From NCBI GenBank assembly GCA_013265495.1, contig MU058531.1:612678-676677 (forward strand): 64,000 nucleotides of DNA, read 5' to 3'. Of the stretch, positions 62,979-64,000 are shown piece by piece. The notes beneath the pieces are model-generated. The model saw nothing but the letters and a program-made list of their open reading frames with translations, did no database searches and was not told the origin of the DNA. This stretch comes from Vicugna vicugna (lineage: Eukaryota). The translations under genes and the position numbers were made by a program. Positions within the stretch are counted from its first letter, which is position 1; each line of letters begins with the position of its first letter.

Positions 62979-63379
62979 GAGCAGCTGGACCTGTGTCTGA
63001 CACGGCTCTGCCTTTCCTCCCTGTAATTACTTTCAGTACATTTGCAGGCTTGTCAAAGTCTAATTCTTGGAGCTATTGCTTACATGTGTGCTCTTACAAA
63101 CAGCTCTGAAACCTCATCCCATTTTCAGATTTCTATCGTCTGTCAGGTCTCCACTGTCCTCAGACAATGTCCTTCACATAACTTTCTAATTCTCTAATTC
63201 TTTATCTTGATGAAATACATGAGGAAACGCTGCACACAGGACGTACTTCAACGAAAGCTTTAACAAATAATGATCATGCAAACAGCATTCCCAGGATGCC
63301 TGTGCTGCCCACTTGTCTTCTGGTGGTGACTGTGTGCTGACTTTGATCATTTTCTTCCTTCTCCTTGCAGTTTCACACC

Positions 63380-63850
63380 TGCACGTGCATATCTGAACAA
63401 TATAGTTTCGCACTGCCTGTCTTTGACTTTTACACAAATGAAAATATACTGTATGTCTTCTTTTGAGACTTGCTCCTCTTAGTATCATTTGTGTGAAATT
63501 TTTTTAGTTGATGCATAAAGCTATAGCTCATTTATGGCCTTCTCTGTATACCGTTCCACTGGATAAGTTAACTGCAACTTAAGTATCAGTTCTGCTCTTG
63601 ATGGACACTTAGGCTGTTTCATGCTTGGGCTATTACCAACAATCCTGTTATGTTATTATAGGTCATTTGGTGCCCACTGAAAGAGTTTTTCTAGGGTAGA
63701 TAGCTAAGGGTAGACTTGCCAGACCAGAAGATATGCACATGCACTTTATGAGGTGACATCAAACGGTTTTCCAAAGTGGATGAACCAATTATGCTCCAAC
63801 CAGCAACGGAGAGGGTTCTACCTGCTTCCATCCTTGCCAGCATCCTCTCT
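63380..63850 (-). mobile_element. L1ME-type 3' fragment
   Basis: 'gatggacacttaggctgtttc...ttttccaaagtgga...ccagcaacggagagggtt...catccttgccagca'. Confidence 0.8.
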
Positions 63851-64000
63851 GAACAAACCCAGTGCCTTTAACCCTTCTTCATGCAGCGCTCAAGGCCTTT
63901 ATTTCAAATTTCTCAACACTGGCATATAAGGTAAAACCTGTTTGTCATTTCCGATATAGAAGGTCACCTTCATTTCTCTGTCTTAAACCTTAGAGTCCAG

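Noticed and set aside
30350..64000. Host protein-coding exons or further viral genes in the right half
   Set aside because: The short ORFs lie in repeats or show no recognisable homology or consistent splice structure. Small exons cannot be excluded by eye.

Overview
This is mammalian genomic DNA, very probably camelid (tRNA-Ala-derived Vic-1-type SINEs). It is AT-rich and repeat-dense, has an 891-N gap, and shows no recognisable host protein-coding gene. The main result is in the first ~27.4 kb. Once the transposable elements are set aside, the remaining 'unique' minus-strand blocks translate, with many stops and frameshifts, into colinear remnants of a rhabdovirus-like genome in the canonical order: N (~27430-24785), a P/U region (~23520-22920), M (~22890-21590), G (~21550-20250) and a near full-length L (~19680-730, RdRp to PRNTase to connector to methyltransferase to CTD). 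A7-A9 runs fall at four inferred gene boundaries, as expected for fossil stop/polyadenylation signals. MIR, L2, HAL1, L1ME, MaLR and Tigger1 insertions interrupt the viral frames, which implies a very ancient integration, probably older than the placental radiation. The remaining 37 kb is ordinary repeat-rich DNA (L1, L2, MIR, MaLR/ERV LTRs, an ERV-L remnant, SINEs, microsatellites) with one small chimeric local duplication. All viral assignments are manual comparisons to VSV and rabies virus proteins recalled from memory, not database searches. Boundaries are approximate.
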